DNA of 64,000 nt from an uncultured Chlorobiaceae bacterium. Lineage in GTDB: Bacteria; Bacteroidota; Ignavibacteria; UBA10030; SZUA-254. How positions within the stretch are numbered: the stretch's first letter is position 1; the number at the start of each line of letters is the position of its first letter. The translations under genes were made by a program, and so were the position numbers. Location of the stretch: NCBI GenBank assembly GCA_964523395.1, contig CAZFXS010000004.1, positions 141,581-205,580 of the forward strand. The letters run 5' to 3'. Below, piece after piece: positions 39,901 through 48,130 of the stretch. The notes below the pieces were generated by a model. That model had not been told where the DNA came from. It searched no databases and saw only the letters and a program-made list of their open reading frames with translations.

Positions 39901-41631
39901 ATGGCACAAACACCGAAATCATTCACCGACATCCAAAAACAAATCGGCGATAACATCAGCAGGCTTTCAACGATGTTTATGGAGGTTTCCGCCCTGGTAA
40001 AAACCGGCGGCAATTCAGCTGACATCCAGAAAAAAATCGACAAGCTTTTCATGGTTGTTATGGATTCTCATCGCTCGCTCGGCAATGAAATCGGTTCGAT
40101 GACCACTAAAGACGAAAAGATGGAAGAGCGATATGCTATTCTGCTGGAAGAAAAGCGACGCCTCGAAGTATTATATACATCGGGTATTGTGTTCTCTTCC
40201 GAAACGGAAATGCAAACATTAATGGAAAAAGCCATCGATATTGTTGTACATGAACTGAAAGCGGATGCGGGTTTTATTGTGCTGACTGACGCGAAAGGTG
40301 AAGTCGAATCTGTGTACGCCCGCAATATGAATCCCGACGACGCCACGGCGAAAGAGATGAGCATGTCAGTCATCCGAAATACCATCGGCCATTCAGCGCC
40401 GACGCAAGTAAATGACATCAACACCGAAGTACAGTTTTCCAAACAGCATAGTATCGTAAAGTTGGGCATTACTGCCGTTGTCTGTGTGCCTCTTGTATCG
40501 GGACAGCGCGTACTCGGCGCGGTCTATCTGGACCGCCGAAACAAAAACCTGCCGTTCACAGAAACCGACCTTGTGTTCCTTCTCGCGTTCGCCCGGCAGA
40601 TTGTGCGCGGGCTCGCGGTATCCTCGGAAATCGCGGCACTCGAGCAAAAATTGCTTGCCGAAGCGGCAATGAATTTTGATGACCTGAGAAAAGAGTTCAA
40701 TTGTACCAACATTATCGGCTCAAGCAAGAAACTGTTCGACGTGCTGAAAGTAGCGTCAAAAATCGCACCCACCGACGCATCCGTCGTGATCCTCGGCGAG
40801 AACGGCACGGGAAAAGACCTTCTCGCGCATGCGATTCACCGCAACAGCCCACGCGCGGACAAACCGTTTGTGACTATTAACTGCGGGGCAATACCGGCGG
40901 ATTTGCTGGAGTCGGAATTATTCGGGTATGATCCCGGCGCGTTTACCGGCGCGACGAAGTCAAAACCGGGAAAGCTTGAACTTGCCGACAGCGGTACAGT
41001 ATTCTTTGACGAAATCGGTGAGCTCAGCACCAATCTTCAGGCAAAACTCCTCCGTGTAATTCAGACAAAAGAGATTGAGCGGTTGGGCGGCGTTCTTCCT
41101 AAAAAAATTGACGTACGGATACTTTCCGCGACAAATAAAAACATCAAGGAAATGATTGCGAAAGGAGAGTTCCGCGAAGATCTTTATTATCGATTGAAAG
41201 TCATTGAACTGTCAATGCCCCCGCTCCGGGAGCGGAGGGAAGATATCGCGGATCTTGCCGGTGCATTTCTAAAAAAATATTCGACATCATCAGCGTTAAA
41301 CTTTTCTCCTGAAGCTCTTGACATCCTCGAGCAATATCCCTGGCACGGCAACGTGCGTGAGCTGGAAAATGTCATTCACCGGTGCACGGTGCTGGTGAAA
41401 AACAATACAGTGGAAGTTTCCGATCTGCCGCCTGAACTCATTCAGCAGGCAGAACAGGAACCGGGTATCAAGGTGGGAAAACCTCTGCTTGACGCGGAAA
41501 CTGAATTCCGCAGAATGTACATCATAAAAACCCTCCGCAAGTGCGGTTCCGTTGCCGAAGCGGCAAAAGAACTTGGCATCAACCGCACGCACTTCTATAA
41601 ACTCCTCAGCCAGTTGGAAATAGAATACTAA
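39901..41631 (+). CDS. Sigma54-dependent enhancer-binding protein (helical N-terminus, GAF, AAA+, Fis HTH)
   Basis: GAF (VCVPL...GAVYLD); GENGTGKD; GAFTGA; FFDEIGE; FREDLYYRL; AEAAKELGINRTHFYK. Confidence 0.94.
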   Translation: MAQTPKSFTDIQKQIGDNISRLSTMFMEVSALVKTGGNSADIQKKIDKLFMVVMDSHRSLGNEIGSMTTKDEKMEERYAILLEEKRRLEVLYTSGIVFSSETEMQTLMEKAIDIVVHELKADAGFIVLTDAKGEVESVYARNMNPDDATAKEMSMSVIRNTIGHSAPTQVNDINTEVQFSKQHSIVKLGITAVVCVPLVSGQRVLGAVYLDRRNKNLPFTETDLVFLLAFARQIVRGLAVSSEIAALEQKLLAEAAMNFDDLRKEFNCTNIIGSSKKLFDVLKVASKIAPTDASVVILGENGTGKDLLAHAIHRNSPRADKPFVTINCGAIPADLLESELFGYDPGAFTGATKSKPGKLELADSGTVFFDEIGELSTNLQAKLLRVIQTKEIERLGGVLPKKIDVRILSATNKNIKEMIAKGEFREDLYYRLKVIELSMPPLRERREDIADLAGAFLKKYSTSSALNFSPEALDILEQYPWHGNVRELENVIHRCTVLVKNNTVEVSDLPPELIQQAEQEPGIKVGKPLLDAETEFRRMYIIKTLRKCGSVAEAAKELGINRTHFYKLLSQLEIEY

Positions 41632-41670
41632 GGAAATGTCATTGCGAGATTGAAGCTGCAGTTGAAAAAC

Positions 41671-41807
41671 GTAGTACCCGTTTTGCAAAAGGGTTTTACG
41701 CCTGTGTCCGATTAAGAATCGGACGCTACGCGTATGCGCGGAGATCATGTAGCATCCGTTTCGTAAACGGATCTTACACCTAAGTCCGATTGAGAATCGG
41801 ACGCTAC
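41671..41807. repeat. Two tandem 59-nt REPINs (period 78)
   Basis: (+)41671-41694, (-)41706-41729, (+)41749-41772, (-)41784-41807; related 11-nt spacers TTTACGCCTGT and CTTACACCTAA. Confidence 0.9.
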
Positions 41808-41826
41808 TCTGCCCAAGAACAATAAC

Positions 41827-41844
41827 CCCATGCTTCAGCATGGG
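41827..41844. other. Perfect small hairpin between convergent genes
   Basis: CCCATGCT-TC-AGCATGGG. Confidence 0.5.
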
Positions 41845-41883
41845 AACTAATAGACAACAAGGAAAGAAGGCTTTAGCCCTGAC

Positions 41884-42858
41884 TTACGGAACCGCTTTCC
41901 CTCTTGCCGCCACAAACAATGCATACCACTCCTCACGGCTCAGTTCCACTTTATCTGCCAGACAACTTGCAATGATACGTTCCGGGTTTGTCGAACCGAT
42001 AATCGGCTGAATGCCTGCCGGATGCCGTAAAAGCCATGCGAGCATAATCGCCTCTTGAGAAGTTTGCTTTGTTTTTGCCATTGACGAAATCATTTCCGTA
42101 AGATTCCTCAATCGATCATCAGCTTGTTGAGTCTGATTAAACAGCCTACCGCCTGCAACCGGCGCCCATGCCTGAATCATAATATTGTTCAACCTGCAAT
42201 ACTCAAGTGTCCCCGGCGCGGACGTGTATTGTCCGCCTTCCATATTTGCCACAACACCTTCATTAATAAGATGATTGTGAAGAAGGTTCAGCTCGACCTG
42301 GTTGATAACAAGCGGCTGTTGTACGTATTTTTGCAGCAGCGCAATTTGTCCGGCGGTATGATTGCTTACACCGAAGTGGTGCACTTTTCCGTTTTTATGA
42401 AGCTCGTCGAATGCCCTTGCGACTTCCTCCGGCTCAACAAGCGGATCCGGACGGTGCAATAACAAAACATCAACATACTCTGTCCGGAGACGGCGCAGAC
42501 TTCCTTCAACCGCAGAGATGATATGTTCATAACTGAAATCATATCGTCCGGGAACACCGGCAGACGGATCGTCCTTGCGGCGGATGCCGCATTTTGTCTG
42601 GAGAATAATATTCGCGCGCATGCCGGGATGTTCTTGCAGAATTTCACCAAAGACCTGTTCCGATTTCCCGCGTGAATAAATATCCGCATGATCGAACAGC
42701 GTAATACCCTGTTCATATGCCGTCATAACAGCCGCAACCGCTTTCGACTTCTGATCAACGGATATGGGATTCCCATCCCACGATCCGCCGATGTTCATAC
42801 AGCCGTAGGCAATGCGAGAGAGAGTGAGATCGGTATGATAGATATGAAAAGTTCGCAT
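41884..42858 (-). CDS. Aldo/keto reductase (YdhF-like)
   Basis: YGCM, FDHADIY, TKCGI, DVLLLHRPDPL, GVSNH, PIIGS. Confidence 0.92.
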   Translation of the reverse strand: MRTFHIYHTDLTLSRIAYGCMNIGGSWDGNPISVDQKSKAVAAVMTAYEQGITLFDHADIYSRGKSEQVFGEILQEHPGMRANIILQTKCGIRRKDDPSAGVPGRYDFSYEHIISAVEGSLRRLRTEYVDVLLLHRPDPLVEPEEVARAFDELHKNGKVHHFGVSNHTAGQIALLQKYVQQPLVINQVELNLLHNHLINEGVVANMEGGQYTSAPGTLEYCRLNNIMIQAWAPVAGGRLFNQTQQADDRLRNLTEMISSMAKTKQTSQEAIMLAWLLRHPAGIQPIIGSTNPERIIASCLADKVELSREEWYALFVAARGKAVP

Positions 42859-42903
42859 GGTAGTTTTTCTTACCTTGGCCGTGACGCAGATTATTCCGTC
42901 AAT

Positions 42904-44139
42904 TTACTTAGTATCGGATTTTGGATCAACAATAGCTCCGACAAAAAGTATTAGACCGGTCTCATCATCTACAATTGCGAAGAAAAAAGGGTGGTCAACT
43001 ATCATTTCAAACGGCTTTGGTGGATCCGATCTAAGCGGCATGGTAGCGCAAACATCTAGCAACGTAATTGCGGCAGCTTCTGTCCCTTCTTCGTTCACGT
43101 CAAGATATGTTTTATGAATTACATCACTTATCATTACTGAAGATTGCGTCATTCGACTAAAATCCGCGCCCCCGTCGAACGCAATGCTCATGCCAAAGCT
43201 TTTCAACACATCAACCAAAGACGCAGCGTAATTTATCTTATACTTTGGCACACCGATTAGTCCGTATCGCCGAGAAACCGCGGATGTTGCCCTACTCCAC
43301 CCTGCCGTACTAAGACCTTCCAAAAAAAGGTGGATACCCTCTCGTTCTTGAGGAAGAACAATGCACATGCTAAATCGTTTACCATACGGAATGCTGACCA
43401 ATTGAAATTCTGAGCTTTCAAAATATTCAAATGTACCATATTGATGCATCCGTGGATATTTTTTCTCAGACCCACCAAGCAACATAAACGGCATCATTTC
43501 TGTTTGGATGGTTTCAAACGGTTTTGTCCATTCACCATTGAAGTAAATCGCGTTAAGAATGACCAGGAGATCATCTTTCTTAAATTGATCGATAATTTTA
43601 TCGATCTTCCCATGTGTCTTATTCCTCACCCATTCATTTATTTCTTCTGTCGCGGATGGTTGCGCAAAATCCTTCACGAAGGTTTCAACAGAATACTGTT
43701 CATTGCAATCTTTCACAAACTCTGGCTTGAGTTCAAACGGTTCGTTTAACCAAAGTGAGTTCGCGATGTTGAGCTCTGCCGAACTATCTGGTACCATTAA
43801 TAAATTCATTAAAAGGGAATTTGACTTGTTAATCCTGTCTTGTGTAAACTCCTGGAGCTGTAGCGCTGTCTTGATTGAAGTTTCCGTTGCCCCGGCTGCA
43901 CCGTTGTTGATAATAGAAAGCGCGTAAAAGATACTTACAGGGGAAATAAATATGTTTTTTTCTGGTTCCCGTGAAGCCAAGGTTTTCAGAAGTTTAAAAC
44001 CAAATTCATTGACGGCGGATATGTAATCGATGTTGATTTCTGATTTCCGAGTACCGTCTTGAAAAGCAGCGCTTTGCTTCGCGCAAAAAGGTAGGAGGGT
44101 CACAAGTGCCGCAAGATATTTGACTGTATCAATGTTCAT
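42904..44139 (-). CDS. Secreted serpin (serine protease inhibitor)
   Basis: NIFISPVSI, LNAIYFNGEW, hinge EEGTEAAA, DHPFFFAI...LFVG; N-terminal signal-like segment. Confidence 0.93.
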   Translation of the reverse strand: MNIDTVKYLAALVTLLPFCAKQSAAFQDGTRKSEINIDYISAVNEFGFKLLKTLASREPEKNIFISPVSIFYALSIINNGAAGATETSIKTALQLQEFTQDRINKSNSLLMNLLMVPDSSAELNIANSLWLNEPFELKPEFVKDCNEQYSVETFVKDFAQPSATEEINEWVRNKTHGKIDKIIDQFKKDDLLVILNAIYFNGEWTKPFETIQTEMMPFMLLGGSEKKYPRMHQYGTFEYFESSEFQLVSIPYGKRFSMCIVLPQEREGIHLFLEGLSTAGWSRATSAVSRRYGLIGVPKYKINYAASLVDVLKSFGMSIAFDGGADFSRMTQSSVMISDVIHKTYLDVNEEGTEAAAITLLDVCATMPLRSDPPKPFEMIVDHPFFFAIVDDETGLILFVGAIVDPKSDTK

Positions 44140-44166
44140 GGGGTATATCTCCTTTGTTAAGATTTT

Positions 44167-45006
44167 TTAAACCACCTTCCAATATGCCGCGCTGTCATCA
44201 ATCTTTTCAAGATTGCATTGAATAGAATTCAACGCAATAAATTCCGTCACAGCACGCCTGCACGCTGGCCAAGAGTAGTAATCATCCACAATAACAAATC
44301 CGCCCTTGTTGACTTTGTGATAAAGATTCGTTAACGCATCCATCGTTAATGAGTAGAGGTCGCCGTCGAGACGGAGAACCGCAAGCTTGTCAACCGGCGC
44401 GCTCGGAAGAGATTCATTAAACCACCCCGGAATGAATTTCACGTTGTCATCCAGCAATCCGAAACGTTCAAAATTCGATTTTACTTTTTCCATGGAAACT
44501 TTCAGGTAATCGTTTTGGCTCATATCCCAACCATCATCACCCGATTTCGGTGCCGGCAATCCTTCGAATGAATCCGCCGGCCAGATATTCCGTTCGGTGA
44601 TATTGTGCGCTTTCAAAAGCGCGCGGAAGAAAATTGCAGTTCCGCCGCGCCAGACTCCGGTTTCAATAAAATCGCCTGGAACGTTGTTGCGCAACACTTC
44701 TTCAACACAATACTGGACGTTATCCAGCCTCCGGTGTCCCACCATAGTATAACAGACAAGCGGCCAGCCGCTTCCTTCGTCGCGTTCATGCTGACTGAAC
44801 GCGCGTTGTTTCACCAGCAAAAGATTTTTCTTCTTCAGAAACTTCACAAGCGCGTCACGGAGAGGCACAATGACCGGCCGCAGTACCGGTGGAACCGCAA
44901 ACCCCGGTGTCCCCGAATGAATCAGTGCCCACGAACTTTCATCGTAGATGGAGCCTGTAAGAATTTTTTTCAACAGCTCGAGATATTGGTGGTCAGCTTC
45001 TGTCAT
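44167..45006 (-). CDS. TylF/MycF/NovP-family O-methyltransferase
   Basis: TMVG.RRLDN, GDFIETGVWRGG, DSFEGLP, PGWF.ESLP, LRLDGDLY, VDDY; start at ATG 45006. Confidence 0.92.
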   Translation of the reverse strand: MTEADHQYLELLKKILTGSIYDESSWALIHSGTPGFAVPPVLRPVIVPLRDALVKFLKKKNLLLVKQRAFSQHERDEGSGWPLVCYTMVGHRRLDNVQYCVEEVLRNNVPGDFIETGVWRGGTAIFFRALLKAHNITERNIWPADSFEGLPAPKSGDDGWDMSQNDYLKVSMEKVKSNFERFGLLDDNVKFIPGWFNESLPSAPVDKLAVLRLDGDLYSLTMDALTNLYHKVNKGGFVIVDDYYSWPACRRAVTEFIALNSIQCNLEKIDDSAAYWKVV

Positions 45007-45529
45007 TTTTTTTAGATGTGTGATTTGAACGGTCATCGATAACAATCGTTTCGGCAATGCGGTCGTGAACAGTACGGCGATCTGTTCGGAGAAAGTACTG
45101 GAAAAACCCAAAGCCGAGCTCCAGCGCTGACGCGCCATACCCGAGCGAGCGCTCGAATGAATGCCAGAGACTCATCTGTTCATGCACCAGCGAAACGATG
45201 CGGATGCGGCAGATTTTTTTACCAATCGTTTGTCCGTTAAAGAAATAAACGCTCAGCGTGAAGTAGCCAACCAGCCAGACAATGCTGTACCAGTTCTTAA
45301 AGAATGTAAATTGCAGATTAATATGCTCATCGGAAGAAATGATTCCCGTTTTCTGAATAAGAATCCCGCCGCCGACAGTGATCCCGACGAATAAAATTCC
45401 CGCGATCAGAAAATCGAGCAGAAGCGCAATCGCCCGGCGCGGGAATGATGCCAGAGGCAAACCTGAAAGCACTGACTCCCGAGAAGGATCTGGAGGACAA
45501 TAATTATTTTGATTAATATTTCCACTCAT
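44993..45529 (-). CDS. RDD-family membrane protein
   Basis: LASFPRRAIALLLD, GQTIGKKICRIRIV, HDRIAETIVI; start 45529 or 45592. Confidence 0.9.
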   Translation of the reverse strand: MSGNINQNNYCPPDPSRESVLSGLPLASFPRRAIALLLDFLIAGILFVGITVGGGILIQKTGIISSDEHINLQFTFFKNWYSIVWLVGYFTLSVYFFNGQTIGKKICRIRIVSLVHEQMSLWHSFERSLGYGASALELGFGFFQYFLRTDRRTVHDRIAETIVIDDRSNHTSKKNDRS

Positions 45530-45601
45530 TTTTTTTGGAACATGCTCTCGAATGTACCCATAACTTTGCAGAAACTCAATGCTTTCCTTCATGCCGGTGT
45601 G

Positions 45602-45663
45602 TGTCGCCCGATACCGACATCAACACGCCAATCAGCCATCTCTTTTGTCGCCCTGTAACGACA
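45602..45663. promoter_or_regulatory. Two candidate enhancer (UAS) palindromes
   Basis: TGTCG-CCCGATAC-CGACA (45602-45619) and TGTCG-CCCTGTAA-CGACA (45646-45663), 44 bp apart. Confidence 0.7.
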
Positions 45664-45684
45664 GATTTTATCGATTTTCTTTAA

Positions 45685-45697
45685 AATCAATTATTTC
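45685..45697 (+). promoter_or_regulatory. IHF-like site
   Basis: AATCAATTATTTC versus WATCAANNNNTTR (1 mismatch), in an AT-rich stretch between the UAS and the core promoter. Confidence 0.45.
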
Positions 45698-45723
45698 AGC
45701 TCTTTTTCTCCACTTTTAAGCAA

Positions 45724-45738
45724 CGGCACGGGATTTGT
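45724..45738 (+). promoter_or_regulatory. Putative sigma54 (-24/-12) promoter
   Basis: CGGCACGGGATTTGT versus consensus TGGCACGnnnnTTGC; GG-N10-GT, so the -12 C is replaced by T. Confidence 0.6.
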
Positions 45739-45777
45739 CAGTATCTCACCTGTTCATTCACGCACATTAAACAGTTC

Positions 45778-45972
45778 ATGCAAAAACACATACTCATCAT
45801 CGATGATGATACACAGGAGCTTCGCAAGTTAAGAGAGATTCTTACACGCGAAGGGTACGATATCATGACGGCAACTGATAAGCAGACGGCAATTCAGATT
45901 TCCGAGAAAGTACCAATCGGTTTTATCCTTGCAAAAGCATCGATGCTCGGTTTTCCCAATGAAAAACAATAA
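45778..45972 (+). CDS. Half-receiver micro-protein (64 aa) lacking the phospho-acceptor Asp
   Basis: ILIIDDD...LREILTREGYDI.TA; third strand GFILAK has no Asp; protein ends there. Confidence 0.75.
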   Translation: MQKHILIIDDDTQELRKLREILTREGYDIMTATDKQTAIQISEKVPIGFILAKASMLGFPNEKQ

Positions 45973-46002
45973 TCATTCACATTCATTTATAAGGTAATCT
46001 CT

Positions 46003-48096
46003 ATGAACACTTTGTTGAAAACGATTTGTATTGCTCTTTGCGTTTATACAACCGGTCTGTCTCAATGGCTGCAAACTTCGGGTCCGGAAGGCGGCGCCGC
46101 CTTCGCAATCTTTGCCGACGGCAGTAATCTCTACGCGGGTATGGCGGGAAATGCCGGAGTGTTCCGGTCAACCGACGGCGGTGCGACCTGGGAGCAAAAA
46201 ATCAACGGCATGAACTATCAGTCCACCACTGTTATTAGCAAAAGCGGTTCCTATCTTCTCGCCACCGGAACTGTCGGTTTGTACCGCTCAACCGATAACG
46301 GCGACACCTGGGTTGCGGCTACAGGATTACCGCCGGGACACGGCGTGAACTCACTGGCAGTTGACGGAGCGAATGTTATCGCGGGAACATCCGGAAAAGG
46401 CATTTATGTTTCAACCGATAATGGCGATACATGGACACCTGCAAGCACAGGACTTCCCGGCGCAGGCGCCACCACCACGGTCGGAAATGTTGTTATCAAC
46501 GGTTCAACCATTCTCACCAGCGCTTCGGATTTCGGTACGACAACAACAATGTACCGTTCCACAAATTTTGGCGCTTCATGGACAGCGGCTGCGACCGGCC
46601 TTCCCGCCGATTATTCATTGTATTACGGAATGTGCATCGACGGATCTACAATCTATGCCGGCGGCGCGTATCTTTATAAAACTACCAACAACGGCGACAC
46701 CTGGACACCGGTCGAGAATGGAATTCCCAACTACTCCAGCATCATGAGTATTTCCGCAAACGGGACTTCCATCTTCGCGGCTGCAATGAATTACATCTAC
46801 CGCACTACGGATGGCGGCTCTAACTGGAGTCCAGCAACCGGCGGTTTGCCGTTTATGAATTTCATGTCGGTACGGATTGCAGGTTCAACTGTCTACGCCG
46901 GTTCAATTGCCAATGGTATATACAGTTCAACGGATAATGGGGTCACGTGGACACAAAAAGTCAACGGTTTAAAGGCAAGAGATATGAGTGGATTCCTTAT
47001 CGACGGGACGACGCTCTATGCCAACGGCAACAGCATATTCAAGACTTCAGATAACGGAGATACGTGGGAGAATGTTCGCGGCAATCTTAAAGACTCCTCA
47101 AGCATGCCTACACTTGTGTATGTCAACGGTTCAACGATGTTCGAACGCGATTTCCCGGCGACAGGCCTCGAGCGTTCAACGGACGGCGGCGCTACATGGA
47201 CTGTCGTTGGCAACGGTTTGTCACCATTCGGCACTGTCACCGGAATCGTCGATGTCCCTGGCGGATTGCTGACTGCCAGCAACCGTGTCTATAAAAGCAG
47301 TGATAACGGCGATAACTGGGTGCAGGTTGATTCATCGCTTGGATTGTTTGTCAGTTTTTCAGCTTTGACAAAAATCGGCACTACTGTTTATGCATATGGA
47401 CTCGGGGTTGCCAAATCCACAGACGACGGGGCAACATGGGTAAAAGCCGATTCTGGTTTGCCGGCGTTTTATTCACCGTCTACTCTTGTCGGAAATGGTT
47501 CAGGTTTATACGTATCAAGCGGGTTTACGTCTGGCATCTATCGTTCAACCAATGACGGGCAATCATGGTCGTTGTGGACCAGCGGCGCTTATTCACAACT
47601 GCTCATTCACGGAAACGACCTTTTCGGATGCCGGGACAATGACGGCATCTTCATTCGTAAAAACTTCACAGGCGCTTTTACCAGAATTTCTACCGGGCTG
47701 CCGAGCCCTAATTTCCTTTACACGTTTGTCATCCACAATGGATGGATGTTTGCAGGTACCGGCGGTAATAGTGTCTGGCGCAGGCCTTTGTCGGATGTTA
47801 CGGCTGTGGAAGAGATCGCCGGAACTCTTCCAACGGAGTTTATGCTTTCTCAGAATTATCCAAACCCGTTTAATCCAATGACAAACTTCGAATTACGAAT
47901 TGCGGATTTCGGATTTGTGACGCTTCGGGTGTACGATGTACTTGGAAGGGAAGTTACATCTCTGGTGAACGAGACGCTTCAACCCGGGACCTACAAAGTA
48001 TCGTGGGACGCAGGCAATCAGACCAGCGGAGTTTATTATTATAAACTACAGGCGGGAAATTATTCCGAAACGAAAAAGATGTTGCTCGTCAAATAA
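46003..48096 (+). CDS. T9SS type A sorting-domain protein with BNR/Asp-box propellers
   Basis: Signal peptide; many S(T/S)D(N/G)G.TW Asp-boxes; QNYPNPFNP...VYDVLGREV...GTY...GVYYYKL...KKMLLVK. Confidence 0.9.
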   Translation: MNTLLKTICIALCVYTTGLSQWLQTSGPEGGAAFAIFADGSNLYAGMAGNAGVFRSTDGGATWEQKINGMNYQSTTVISKSGSYLLATGTVGLYRSTDNGDTWVAATGLPPGHGVNSLAVDGANVIAGTSGKGIYVSTDNGDTWTPASTGLPGAGATTTVGNVVINGSTILTSASDFGTTTTMYRSTNFGASWTAAATGLPADYSLYYGMCIDGSTIYAGGAYLYKTTNNGDTWTPVENGIPNYSSIMSISANGTSIFAAAMNYIYRTTDGGSNWSPATGGLPFMNFMSVRIAGSTVYAGSIANGIYSSTDNGVTWTQKVNGLKARDMSGFLIDGTTLYANGNSIFKTSDNGDTWENVRGNLKDSSSMPTLVYVNGSTMFERDFPATGLERSTDGGATWTVVGNGLSPFGTVTGIVDVPGGLLTASNRVYKSSDNGDNWVQVDSSLGLFVSFSALTKIGTTVYAYGLGVAKSTDDGATWVKADSGLPAFYSPSTLVGNGSGLYVSSGFTSGIYRSTNDGQSWSLWTSGAYSQLLIHGNDLFGCRDNDGIFIRKNFTGAFTRISTGLPSPNFLYTFVIHNGWMFAGTGGNSVWRRPLSDVTAVEEIAGTLPTEFMLSQNYPNPFNPMTNFELRIADFGFVTLRVYDVLGREVTSLVNETLQPGTYKVSWDAGNQTSGVYYYKLQAGNYSETKKMLLVK

Positions 48097-48130
48097 TGCT
48101 GTTTATCCTTTAGAAGGAAGGAAAATTGAA

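Noticed and set aside
41671-41807. Repeat-spacer pattern resembling a mini-CRISPR
   Set aside because: Units alternate in orientation, spacers are short and related to each other, there are no cas genes, and the units match the REP family
45007-45138. N-terminal extension of the TylF ORF
   Set aside because: It lies inside the RDD gene in another frame; family similarity starts at Met 45006
45530-45620. Relic of an epimerase C-terminus upstream of RDD (YRATHTGMKESIEFLQSYGY)
   Set aside because: Resemblance is too weak, an in-frame stop is close upstream, and the region is better explained as regulatory DNA
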